Part shown: piece after piece, positions 1 through 10,236 of the stretch | Layout of the letters: each line of letters begins with the position of its first letter | Position numbering within the stretch: position 1 is the first letter of the stretch | Origin: Catajapyx aquilonaris | Lineage: Eukaryota | Assembly (NCBI GenBank): GCA_000934665.2 | Contig: KZ538380.1 | Coordinates: 56,687 to 76,686 of the forward strand | Length of the DNA: 20,000 nt | Direction of reading: 5' to 3' | Notes under the pieces: generated by a model | The model's database searches: none | Seen by the model: only the letters and a program-made list of their open reading frames with translations | Told to the model about the DNA's origin: nothing | Program-made: the position numbers and the translations under genes

Positions 1-8
1 TGGTTTAA

Positions 9-177
9 GCTGCGTTTACATGCGAGCGATTTATCAGCGATGTTGCAGCAATTGTACTGTACATTGCTCAGCGATGAGATCAATATTGTTTGGGGCGAAA
101 ATATTTTATACCACCCTGTACCACCTTGGTACCACCATTGTTACATCGCTGATAAATCTCTCGCATGTAAACGCGGC
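9..177. mobile_element. MITE (~170 bp) with ~35-bp TIRs, flanked by TTAA on both sides
   Basis: gctgcgtttacatgcgagcgatttatcagcgatgt (9-43) vs acatcgctgataaatctctcgcatgtaaacgcggc (143-177), 2 mismatches. TTAA at 5-8 and 178-181. Superfamily uncertain. Confidence 0.85.
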
Positions 178-518
178 TTAAAACGATGAAATTCTTAACA
201 AAAATCATTTCAAATACCTTAATATAGGAATATGGACACTCCAAGACATCGCCCTCTACATTGTTTGTGACCCTTAATTGCATGGCAACAATAGCGGTGT
301 CAAAAATTATGCTTGTAAATGCAGGGTGTTCCAAGGTCGTGGGTAGTTTTTAGTTATCACTGATATCACCCAAAGTAGTTATTTTATGTCGCTATATTGT
401 TGTGCCCTGATAGTGCCCCAGGTGGTCGAATAAACAGCAGTTTCAATGAAATAGGGCACATGGTTAGGGTTTAGGGGCACAAGAAGCTACAAAAAAAAAA
501 TAATAGCAGCTTCGAGCA

Positions 519-994
519 AAAGGACATGGCACAAAATGTATGCGGGCCAGTGGCCTTCCGTTCGATTTGCCTGAAAATGGGATATGTTGTATCTCATACT
601 GTCCTGATCAATGTTAGATAGGGACATTTCGAGGTAGGACCTACAGGGAGCATGCTAATATAATATGAGGAGTATAGTATAGTTACTATACTCCCCATAT
701 TACCTTCGAAGGTCATTAGCATGCTCCCTGTAGGTCCTACCTCGAAATGTCCCTATCTAACATTGATCAGGACGGTCTAAGCTGCAACATATCCAATTTT
801 CAGGCAAATGAAACGGAAAACCAGACCATGTCCCATAGTACCTTTGGAGGTCGTCATTAGCACACTCCCTGTAGGTCCTACCTCGAAATGTCCCTATCTA
901 ACATTGATCAGGACAGTCTGGGCTGAAACATATCCCATTTTAAGGCAAATCGAACGGAAGGCCACTGACCCATACATTTTGTGCCATGTCCTTT
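519..994. mobile_element. Foldback element with ~140-bp inverted arms; right arm tandemly duplicated
   Basis: Left arm 519-659 (aaaggacatggcacaaaatg...ggagcatgctaat) is reverse-complementary to 856-994 and to a second partial copy at 715-~818. Central hairpin at 661-702. Confidence 0.85.
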
Positions 995-1000
995 CCTATA

Positions 1001-1327
1001 TAGTAGAACCACGATTATCCGTCACCCATGGGACTGTGGCATCGTCAGACAACCGAAAAGGTTGGATAATAATCCGAGGAGTAAAAAAAAAACTTTAATA
1101 AAACAATACACGTAAAACATGAAATAAACGTACAATATTATGGTTTCTAAGAAATTGCAAAGTATTTTTCTTTAACTCACACACTCTACTGTACTGAATT
1201 TACAATATATTTAACAAAGGCAAAACAAACAAATGCTTAGAACATTACAGTATTTCATGAGAAAACAGATTTATTGCCGGAGAGGGATGGTCAGATAATA
1301 CGAGGTCGGATAATCGGGGTTCTACTG
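1001..1327. mobile_element. pogo/Tigger-type MITE with TA TSD
   Basis: TIR (t/c)agtagaacc(a/c)cgattatccg at 1001-1021 and inverted at 1307-1327. TA at 999-1000 and 1328-1329. Confidence 0.8.
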
Positions 1328-1700
1328 TAACTAAAAACCCCACAACCATATTTTGACATGTAATTGGACTGTATTGTTGGTTTCCAGTTGTGTCAACTCT
1401 CAGGTTAATGACAGTCAGCAAAGGTCAGGTTGGCACTTGGGAGTGTTGGCACCACTGGCAACCAACAATAAAATCTAGTTACCGATATGTCCAAACTTTA
1501 AGGTCACCCTGTATAATTACTCGGATTTAAGCAGGCATTTTAACGATAGGCCTACATATACGGAATGACTGTGTGGCTTTTGTTATCCCCGCTTAGAAAG
1601 TGTTTCGCTTTATAAGTGTACTGGTACTCTACGCTGTTTTCATTACTGAAACTGGACAGCATTTGGTACTACACAAACTGATATATGGCTAATTCCATGC

Positions 1701-3308
1701 GTGACTTACACGACATGACACTCCGTTTATGCCTAACTTTTAATTTTTTAAAGCACAAACTTAACATTTAAGGAAAGGGTATTTAATCAGAAATAGGTAG
1801 TGTGTATCTAAGTGTTAATTAATGTTTTCATTTTAACAGTTGCACATTTCATTTGAGTTATATAAATATATAACGGAATTCGTGACTTACATGACAAGAA
1901 AGCCACTGGTAAGAGAGGCTCAGATACAAATGTAAAATTCTTCACATTTATGACTTAAATACTACTGTTATTGGGGTGAGGATATTTTCAAAAACCCAAA
2001 TATATTATTATGTGTACTTGGTGTTATGTTATTAATTTTACAAGAAATAAATTATTTCTTTTGTGACTTACATGACACTTTTGTCCTCATTGCTTTCTGA
2101 TTAGATACATGAGAAGAATGTTGGATATTTAGGACAGTAGTAATCTCTCTTATTACATGTTATTTTATTAAAACATTTAAATCATAGGCCTACATGAGAA
2201 TGTGCAGGGCTCCATTTTTAAAATTAACATTTGAACATGTATAATGCATACATAATGCATGTACCTGAGCAGACAGCAGTGGAGTCATTGTATTGTCATG
2301 TGAGATGGCCAGGTGTGATACGTGATGGTCATTGCTGGCCACCCTGTCATGGGATAATTATAATGCCAGGAAGGCGGAATGTGTATGTAGGCTACTACTG
2401 TACATTGCATGTAGTCCATATGTGTATAAATGGTCTATAAATTAGTAAACTTGCCCAACAAAGCATGTAGTGAGTTCTGTCCATTACATTTGCAGTCAAT
2501 GACAATCCAGTTATCTGCTTTGTTATCGGTAAAACTAAAAGCTGATTCATTACTATTTGTCGATTCTGCAGGCAAATTACACATTTGGGATGAATTAGCT
2601 GTATGAGTACCGGAAGTTCGTGGTACAATGTCTTCAATAAGTAAAGTTAAAAATAAACAATATCAAACTCAAAAATGGAAGCATTGGAAATAAGACAATG
2701 TTCTAGTTCATAATGTCCAAGTGTACTGAAATAATGAGATTCTCTTAGTCAGGAAAATAAACAACAACTTTTCCAGTAGGATTCCACATTTCATCAAGCA
2801 GAGCTATTCTTCTTTCAATATCCTTTGATTCAATGAATATAATATTAATATTTGGATAAACTCTGTGGGCAACTTCTGCAAATTCTCCAGCAGTGTTTGG
2901 ATCAAACTGTCTGGCATTGATGGCTTTCTCAAACTCTACATTTTACCTTCAAAGCGTCTCTCTCACTAAAAGTCATACATTTTTTAAAAAATTACACCTT
3001 TCTTTTTGCCTTTCCAATGCACTTATCTCGGACAGCTCCTTGATTTAACTACATTTGCATTTTCTTCCATTCCACTACTGTAAGTGCCATTTTACCAGCC
3101 GGGAAACAATAGTGACAGTGGCATTCAAGTGGATTCATGACGTACACGACAAAAATTAAATGCCCATAACAATGTTCAGACAAAAATCATTATTATTATT
3201 TGAAGGGTACTACTGTGTAGTGAGAAGGTAATTAATATCAACTTTTAGATTTTGGTATACTACAGTTAAATTTTTTAAAAAGGTCAAAAAATTGTGACTT
3301 ACACAACA
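1701..3308 (+). repeat. Dispersed 15-bp motif RTGACKTACAYRACA, 5 copies in the same orientation
   Basis: Copies start at 1701, 1882, 2063, 3137 and 3294. Confidence 0.85.
2435..2960 (-). pseudogene. Frameshifted C-terminal remnant of a DDE transposase, Sola-like (HGKGxxDGxGG type)
   Basis: Manual translation with frameshifts gives VKCRV(W)KAINARQFDPNTAGEFAEVAHRVYPNINIIFIESKDIERRIALLDEMWNPTGKVVVYFP(G)LRESHYFSTLGHYELEHCLIS, then DNWIVIDCKCNGQNSLHA(F)VGQV. This resembles the post-catalytic 'IPGTRxxH' segment of such transposases. The catalytic motif itself is not readable. Confidence 0.5.
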
Positions 3309-4211
3309 CAAAGATGGTATATAAACTAGCTAATTTTTATGCTGAATAAGTCATTGCAATGGAAAGATAAATATATAGTACATTCATCCAGTTCTTATGT
3401 GATAGAAATCATACTGCATGAAAAACACTACCTCACGTGTTGAATTTTGAAGATTTTTATGGAGCCTTACAACAAAGAAATTTGCACGCTCACCATATTG
3501 GAAATAAACAGTGTTGTTAACTTGAATGTATATGACAATTTTCTAATATCTGTTCAAAAATTTAAAAAAATACACAATCTCAGCTTTCAGAAAAGATCAT
3601 GGTATCATAGAAATCATTTATTTTAAAATCTGACCCTGATGTATTCGCATGGAATTAGCCATCATTTAAATTAAATTTTGCACAAAGCCGATTAAATTTT
3701 TTTCGCACTCTTTCTATGCAGGAAGAATTCCATTATTAGATAAGAGGCAGCAAGAGCACATTTATACCTGCCTGTGCATAAAATTGGCGAACCTTGCTCA
3801 TTCATGTTGCTATCACACATTTGCGTCATTTTCTCATTTTTCTCGCATTCCATTTCATAACTGAAAGCTGACGCCCGATTTCCCTTACATATGACTTTTA
3901 TCTCTGTACTTTGGTGCTATTGTCTGCTGTTATTAAGTGGCCAGCACAATAATGGCTGCTACAGTAATAAAATCTACCTGCACCGGAATTGGATATGACA
4001 AAAACCTTTCTATAATAGGCGTACCTAGGTAAAGTTTGCCACCATGGCAACAAGAGGGGCGTTTGCTGGACAATTTTACCGTGGGACGTTGCCTCCCTCT
4101 ACACAGCAGTCTACACAGTATACCGATGAAATCCTTCATATTGTAATTATTACACAGAGACTAATAAGTTAATCAGTCGCTCTCGCACTCAACCCTGTGA
4201 AGTTAACATAC

Positions 4212-4606
4212 CTTTTTCAGTATTCTGACCATGGTTGGCGTCATCGTCATGGTCGGTATTGTCAGCCGTCGCCAGACTTTTATCGTCGCTGACGTTGTCC
4301 AGTTTCAGGGACTCACTGCTGGGCACGGGATTGCCCACGGGATCCATTTGGGAGTCTGATGGCACCAACCCAACGCCCTGTTGACAACTCGCCATCACAA
4401 CCCCACTACAGCCCTGCACTGACTGCCAGTGCCAGAAGCCAGACTGCCTGCTCCTGATGTGCGGTCCTCCCACCTACCACCAGTGTGCGCAGCAGTAGCT
4501 ACCCGGCGCAGCATCATGGCGGAGGGAGGCTGACTCTTTCTTCGCCAGCATGCATGGCAAGGCATCTAGGTCATGATCTTAGCATGATGTTTTGCTGCAT
4601 TGTTTT
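4212..4606 (-). pseudogene. GC-rich exon-like segment, possibly a decayed exon
   Basis: Acceptor-like tattttccctag at 4607, donor AAG|gtatgt at 4211. The 3' half is open and acidic (…SESLKLDNVSDDKSLATADNTDHDDDANHGQNTEK). The 5' half has stops in all frames. Confidence 0.3.
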
Positions 4607-5304
4607 CTAGGGAAAATATGCATAAATACCATAATTCCATAAATACCGATATCTGCACTAGGCGCCACCAACTAGATAAGGCAAACCTGCCACCCGGATT
4701 TGGAAGAATATCATATTATGCAATAACTACAAAAATTAAGCCATGGTATAACTGCTACCGTGGTATAGACTTCTAAAATAATATACGCGTACGTCATGTT
4801 AGATAGTCAGGAACATTTCGTCGGCAACAAGGAGAAAGGGCGAATAAACCATTTTTGATGTTATGAGAGGTAAAGAGGTTGAAAAGACCCAGTCAAAATA
4901 AATGGAGACTGATTTTTTATGTGACAAAGAGAATCAGTTCATGACTCATGGTGAATGGCATCGTGTCCAGTATGGATGGAAAAGTATTAGAACACCGATT
5001 CTTGCTGTTCAAATATTCCGCGATCTCAGGCGATGGTGACTCCGGAAGTAGACCTAGGTTCACATATTTGACCTCAGCACTGCCCGGAAGTCGGTGGTGA
5101 GACCCAATATTCAGGGTTGGGGTTTTGCTTCCGTTTGAATAAAACAACCACACAGGTGTACATGAGTGGGTGAAGGACTTGGGTGGGGAAGGAGCCCTGA
5201 GTGCACCCCTCATGCGCTTTTTCTTTGGCCTCCCTCCCGTGCACCCTCCCTGGGGGGCTCATTACCGGCATGTCATCCCGAGTACTGGCCAGGCCTTGGT
5301 GCCC

Positions 5305-5570
5305 AACATGTGCAAATGATCAATGCAAAATCGTGTGGACACTATCACTGGATGTATCATGTATACCACACATTCTGGCAAGGTCGTCGACGGTTATGCG
5401 GTGATCTTCCGCGACAATCACTGCATAGGACATAGGTGGTGTCAATGATCTCCTCTGTCAAAAGTCTAAACTGATGGAAGTCTGCAAACCTGTCTCTTTG
5501 AAAGCTGACTACTTACCCTTGCTGAATGCGTTGTACCATCGGAATGCTGCGGTGGGACACATCTTCGCCA
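5305..5570 (-). pseudogene. Mariner transposase N-terminal (HTH) fragment, frameshifted
   Basis: Reads GEDV../AFRWYNAFSKG…TEEIIDT…IVAEDHRITVDDLARMCGI…SVHTILH/DHLHM, matching the mariner EDRRITV…SVHTILHDHLGM segment. Confidence 0.75.
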
Positions 5571-5760
5571 GGTGCAGGTGGGGCGACTGCCCTAGGGCCC
5601 CCCAAATTTTCCGACGAGTTTTAGAAAAAATTGAGGAAACCCACAAATCCATAATAGTAGGTATATACGTCTATAACCTATATTCTATAAGACGTAAGAA
5701 AGCGGGTTCGATCCAATCAATTCGGGCTCTTACTATCTCTCGCAGTGGCAGTGTCAGTAA

Positions 5761-6133
5761 GGGGTCGTCCATATACCACGTGACCGATTTTCGGGCACTT
5801 TTTGACCCCCCCCCCCCCCTCCACCNNNNNNNNNNNNNNNNNNNNNNNNNNNNNNNNNNNNNNNNNNNNNNNNNNNNNNNNNNNNNNNNNNNNNNNNNNN
5901 NNNNNNNNNNNNNNNNNNNNNNNNNNNNNNNNNNNNNNNNNNNNNNNNNNNNNNNNNNNNNNNNNNNNNNNNNNNNNNNNNNNNNNNNNNNNNNNNNNNN
6001 NNNNNNNNNNNNNNNNNNNNNNNNNNNNNNNNNNNNNNNNNNNNNNNNNNNNNNNNNNNNNNNNNNNNNNNNNNNNNNNNNNNNNNNNNCCCCCCCTCCC
6101 CCCAAAACGGTCACGTGGTATATGGACGACCCC
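5761..6133. mobile_element. PIF/Harbinger (Tourist-like) MITE spanning the gap
   Basis: Perfect 26-bp TIR ggggtcgtccatataccacgtgaccg. TAA TSD at 5758-60 and 6134-36. Poly-C inside. Confidence 0.9.
5826..6089. other. Assembly gap (264 N) between poly-C tracts
   Basis: Run of N. The ORFs spanning it are artefacts. Confidence 0.99.
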
Positions 6134-6713
6134 TAATCAGTACCGTATGGCACAAAAACACTGAAATGAGAAATCATTACAGTAATACAGTAGTAATAGG
6201 TAAGGGCTCATAGTCTACTGCCAATACTTATATCACATGTGGCCACTGGGGCCCCCCGACGAAAATACGTGAGAGACATCATAGCCGTATCCATGGATTG
6301 GACCAACATGCAACATGATTGTGGGTTGTGGAGTGTTCAAGGCCTTCCGGCGCCCTCCTGAGAGCCGAATCGTGGGAAATGTTTACACTTAACGCTTACA
6401 CCTGGTTAGTCTGTTAGTAACAATGCAGATATTGCACTAGTGGAGAGGAAGTCGTCATGACTCATAGTCTCGACCTGAAAGACAAAGCCAACAGGGGTGG
6501 GCCAGTCGCCAGTCAATCAGACCCACTCACTGATTGAAATGGATCTTATTGTAGTCGCTCTTAATACTTGTGTGAGTTGTGTCTTGTGTCGGGAATTTCA
6601 GTTTGGATTGTTTGTGTGATGGTAGTTCGGACTCGGAGTGTTAACTGTGCAGGTGAACTGTGCAGGTGAACTCGCCATCCTGAGAATAGAAAATGCTCGG
6701 GCATTGTCTCTAA

Positions 6714-6840
6714 CCTCTAGAGACCCAATGTATAGTATGCTATACATCCGGTCTGCANGCATTTTTTAAACCTCAGAAAAAATACTCAGACAAAAATGCA
6801 GACCGGATGTATAGCATACTATACATTGGGTCTCTAGAGG
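6714..6840. mobile_element. piggyBac-like MITE with perfect 44-bp TIRs and CTAA TSD
   Basis: cctctagagacccaatgtatagtatgctatacatccggtctgca (6714-6757) inverted at 6797-6840. CTAA at 6710-13 and 6841-44. CCT terminus. Confidence 0.85.
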
Positions 6841-7901
6841 CTAAGGCAATTGACATCATTTTTGCATAATTTTCTATAGACCTATATAATGACTGTGACA
6901 GCTTTTCGGTGAGTAGATGCGTGTATTTATATCTCATTACTCAATATTATCCTTCTACTGTATATTGATAAGTGATATTGGTATGTTGCGGAAAGTGTAG
7001 CAATGTAAGTTACTATTAATATGTGCATGGCCTACACATTTGTCCTTTCACCGGCAAAACCTGCGGTGGGTGATTTCACCTTAAAATATGCATTTTCGCC
7101 ATTTTCTGGAAAATTGTCCATTCGCCCTTTCTCCTTATTGCCAACGATTTTAGGTGGACATCTTCAAATGCACTAATCAGCTGAGTGTCAGTTTATGATT
7201 AGGCCTATAGGGCTGGTTCAGGATACCTGGCCCAGGGCACACACGTGGTAAACATCCGCTTCAAGAAGCCTGGCACCTATTGTTATCGCACCTTTTTTCA
7301 CAGTAGCAAGGCAAGATCGCAAGGAGTGATGCATATACCTGCCAGAATATTTAATATCTTGTGTTTTACTTTTAAGTCCATCATTATTTTTGCTAACGAG
7401 AGCGTGGGAACTAAACTGACGCCTTCACATAAGGTTACCTCTGTTGCCCAAGAGTTAAACCTGTATGTTTTCTAAATTACGAACACTCTGTATAGTCTAT
7501 AGTGTATGCGGCGAAGCAAAAAGAAATTATGAAACATCCATATCTATAGACAGTATAGCCTAAGTATTGCAATAGAGGTCCTGGAGAAGTTATGCACTGA
7601 TTTACGCCAGCAACATGGTGCCAAAGAGATACTAAAACAGGTGAATGCTGTGGTCCCGATTTACTGGAGATAACTATGCAGATCCTCCCCACCTGCAGTG
7701 CATAACAACAAAAACTGTAGTAAGTGTGTATGTCATCCATAGTGTCCTGACCTGTATGAGGCAACATTGCATATTATGATGATTTAAATCGCCTTATTGC
7801 CATAAAATTTTTAAACATATGGGTGCTTCAATTGCTCAGACATTTTTGCTGAATCACCTCATAGCGTCGAATATCTCGAGTTAGAAGCAAGAGGTTACTA
7901 A

Positions 7902-8163
7902 TAGTAATGATACCCCGTAATAGGCCTCCTTGGTCCTCTTAGGGGATCATCTTTTAATTGACCGTCTTTAATCATTGCCTGCGCTGTGATGGGTTTTGAT
8001 TGCAGGAGGAAACGGGAGAACCCCGAGAAAACCCACGCGAACACGGAGAAAACCCATCGAAGTTCTATCCACATAAGTATATCCTCCGTCCGACCCGGGG
8101 ATCGAACTCGGGACCTCAGAGGTAGAAGGCTTCGGCGCTAACCACTACGCCACCGTGTCGCCC
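7902..8163 (-). mobile_element. Full-length tRNA-derived SINE with a V/Meta-type central domain
   Basis: A box TGGCGTAGTGG (8152-8142), B box GAGTTCGATCCCC (8109-8097), central TTCTCCGTGTTCGCGTGGGTTTTCTCGGGGTTCTCCCGTTTCCTCC. 16-bp TSD agcaag(a/c)ggttactaa at 7886-7901 and 8164-8179. Confidence 0.9.
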
Positions 8164-9211
8164 AGCAAGCGGTTACTAAACTGCAATTAATATTTCTCTT
8201 CTACTTTTGTAAATGATAATTTTGTCTATTAAGCTGAATGTATAAGTTAGCCGTGTAGATTGACAATAATAATGGAATGATAAACTGATAAGACTGAAGC
8301 AAACTTCAGGGCCCGCCCCACATTTTCACACGTCATGCTTTTGGTCATTTTGTAGTTGAATGCCGTTTTATCGAGAGGCATACCCGACACCTATATAGTT
8401 GATCGCATTGGCAATACTAGAGCACATCATCGGTTTTCAACCTTTGTGTTGTCGTGGCATCCTCTTTTCTCTCCAAAACTCAGCCGGCCCCCTTAGGAAA
8501 AGAAAAAAAAACACGGGTAAATTGATAGATTTATCACTTTTAAAACAACCCTGGAGAGAGGTCTCTTCCACGCTCTACTGGATTTATAAATGAGCCATGA
8601 GCCGACGCGACGTTGCCGCTGGAGGTCAGCAGCAAGCAGCAGCAAGGACAACAGAACCGGCGGGTATGCTGCATTTTCACCGCTGGCCCTACTTCGCTCC
8701 AAGAGCAAACCAGATAATCCTTGGTGTCGCATGTCACGGCCAAGCGAGTCATGTTTCTTGGGTTACTTGAAGGTTGCAGAAAGTTACCAGGAAGGAGACA
8801 CTACTTTATGGTCCGGCCATATCAGGGGGTTTCATTTTCTGTCTAGTCAACAGCTGGCACATTACTTCTGAGTCAAAAATAGCAAGGAGACAATGAGAGA
8901 TTAAATCATTCAAGGACAGTACTAAACTCTAATCTCTGCAATGAAATAAGCACATAATAGCCTACTGTATGTAATAAATTAGGCAATTGAAGCTTCTGTT
9001 ATCAGTGAATAATATCTACAACTTCCGTAACATATAGGCTACCGTGTAAGCAATAAAATGACACACATTTTTAACTGCTAAGATTGAATCTGAAAATGAA
9101 ATGAGAAAGAGCATATCAAGGACAAGTGTTTATTTGAACTCGGTGTAATTATTATTATTGTCAACGACTTAATCAATTCCCATTTACAATCGCATGTGAT
9201 CAATATACACA

Positions 9212-9460
9212 CGAGGGTCGTCCATAAATTTTTAGCCTAATCATGAAAGGAACGACTTTGGAATATAACTTTTATTTATTATAGTGTACGTATATCTGTA
9301 CATAGTCCCCTGACAAGTCAACACATTTAGGCCAGAGGTGTTCAATTGCCCTTGCGAGGTATATTCGAGGTATATGCTACCTGGATAGAAGGTTTTGTCG
9401 AACCCCTCCAAAACTTCATCCACACCATTCACATGACATCATCGCCCATGTCATAGTACT
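9212..9460 (-). mobile_element. Mariner 3' end: transposase C-terminus plus TIR
   Basis: DDVM/NGVDEVLEGFDKTFY…/AIEHLWPKCVDLSGDYVQI matches the mariner RWxKCxxxxGDYVE terminus. TIR cgagggtcgtccataaa at 9212. Confidence 0.8.
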
Positions 9461-9823
9461 TGAAAGTGAGGTAATTGAAACAAGTTGATATTAGCGCCCG
9501 CGAGGTTTTGCAGATACCGGTGCGAACTTAATTAGTACGGTACCGAACACGAGTTATTCGCCTATACACTATAAATTAAAGTAATGAAAGCAAATTAATT
9601 CCGCATTAATGCGTAAACCAGTAATTCTCTGCCATTCAAAGGCACAATAACATACTATATGGACACATGTCATTTTTGCCATGCAACAAAGGGGTGAAAA
9701 CTTTGTTAGAGGACAATATCTCATATACATTTCAACAAATGCCATCCTTTTTGAATGGACAGGTAGATGTACTGTACAGTATAGCACGGAAAATAATGTC
9801 ACGTCTTACAACTATTGGTCTCC

Positions 9824-10236
9824 TCATAAAGTTCGTACCTTTGGGTTGAAGGAAAAGAGAGAAATGGTTCAAATTGCACACTTGCATTAGTACTTCCCTA
9901 CATAAAATGAACCCTGCAAAGCGACACATTTTTCCGAGTGACCCACGACCTGTAGGACACCATCATTGTAGAAGTCGACACTAATCTTGTGCTTTAAAAA
10001 AAGTTTTCAACCTCTGTTGTCCGTGGTGGCGGGAGGTGGGGGGTGGGGTTGTGTTTCTCCCATGACGATGGTTTTTACAACGATGGCGTCCTACAGGTCG
10101 TGCATCGCTGCTGGGAAACGTGTGACTCTGCAGGTTTCATTTAAAGAGAAGGACTAATACATGTGTGCAATTTGAACCGTTTCTCTCCTTTTCCTTCAAC
10201 CCAAAACAAAGGTGCGAACTTTATGAACGCCCCTTG
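9824..10236. mobile_element. Mariner-terminus MITE with ~150-bp diverged inverted arms; left tip lost
   Basis: 9824-~9972 is inverted to ~10073-10225. Right end …tttatgaacgccccttg followed by TA (10237-38). Confidence 0.8.

Larger units (their letters stand above)
1687..3660. mobile_element. ~1.97-kb non-autonomous DNA transposon with perfect 15-bp TIRs and an AT duplication
   Basis: ggctaattccatgcg (1687-1701) / cgcatggaattagcc (3646-3660). AT at 1685-86 and 3661-62. Repeated subterminal motif and an internal transposase-like remnant. Confidence 0.7.
4819..7146. mobile_element. ~2.3-kb Sola1-like non-autonomous element (27-bp TIR, ATTT TSD) carrying nested insertions
   Basis: cgtcggcaacaaggagaaagggcgaat (4819-4845) vs attcgccctttctccttattgccaacg (7120-7146), 2 mismatches. 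ATTT at 4815-18 and 7147-50, matching the AWWT TSD described for Sola1. Confidence 0.6.

Noticed and set aside
402..480. Short gtgccc/gggcac inverted motifs with ttaggg-like words
   Set aside because: Too short and degenerate to define an element or telomeric array.
1701..2077. CRISPR-like repeat-spacer appearance
   Set aside because: Eukaryotic context, 15-bp repeats, 166-bp spacers and no cas genes.
5474..6164. Longest ORFs in the track (220, 147 and 120 aa)
   Set aside because: They read through the N gap and a MITE; artefacts.
5566..6290. Possible hAT-like MITE (gggccccc motifs) hosting the Harbinger MITE
   Set aside because: No matching TIR pair or 8-bp TSD could be identified.
8090..8163. 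tRNA gene
   Set aside because: It is the SINE head: followed by the SINE body and flanked by a TSD.
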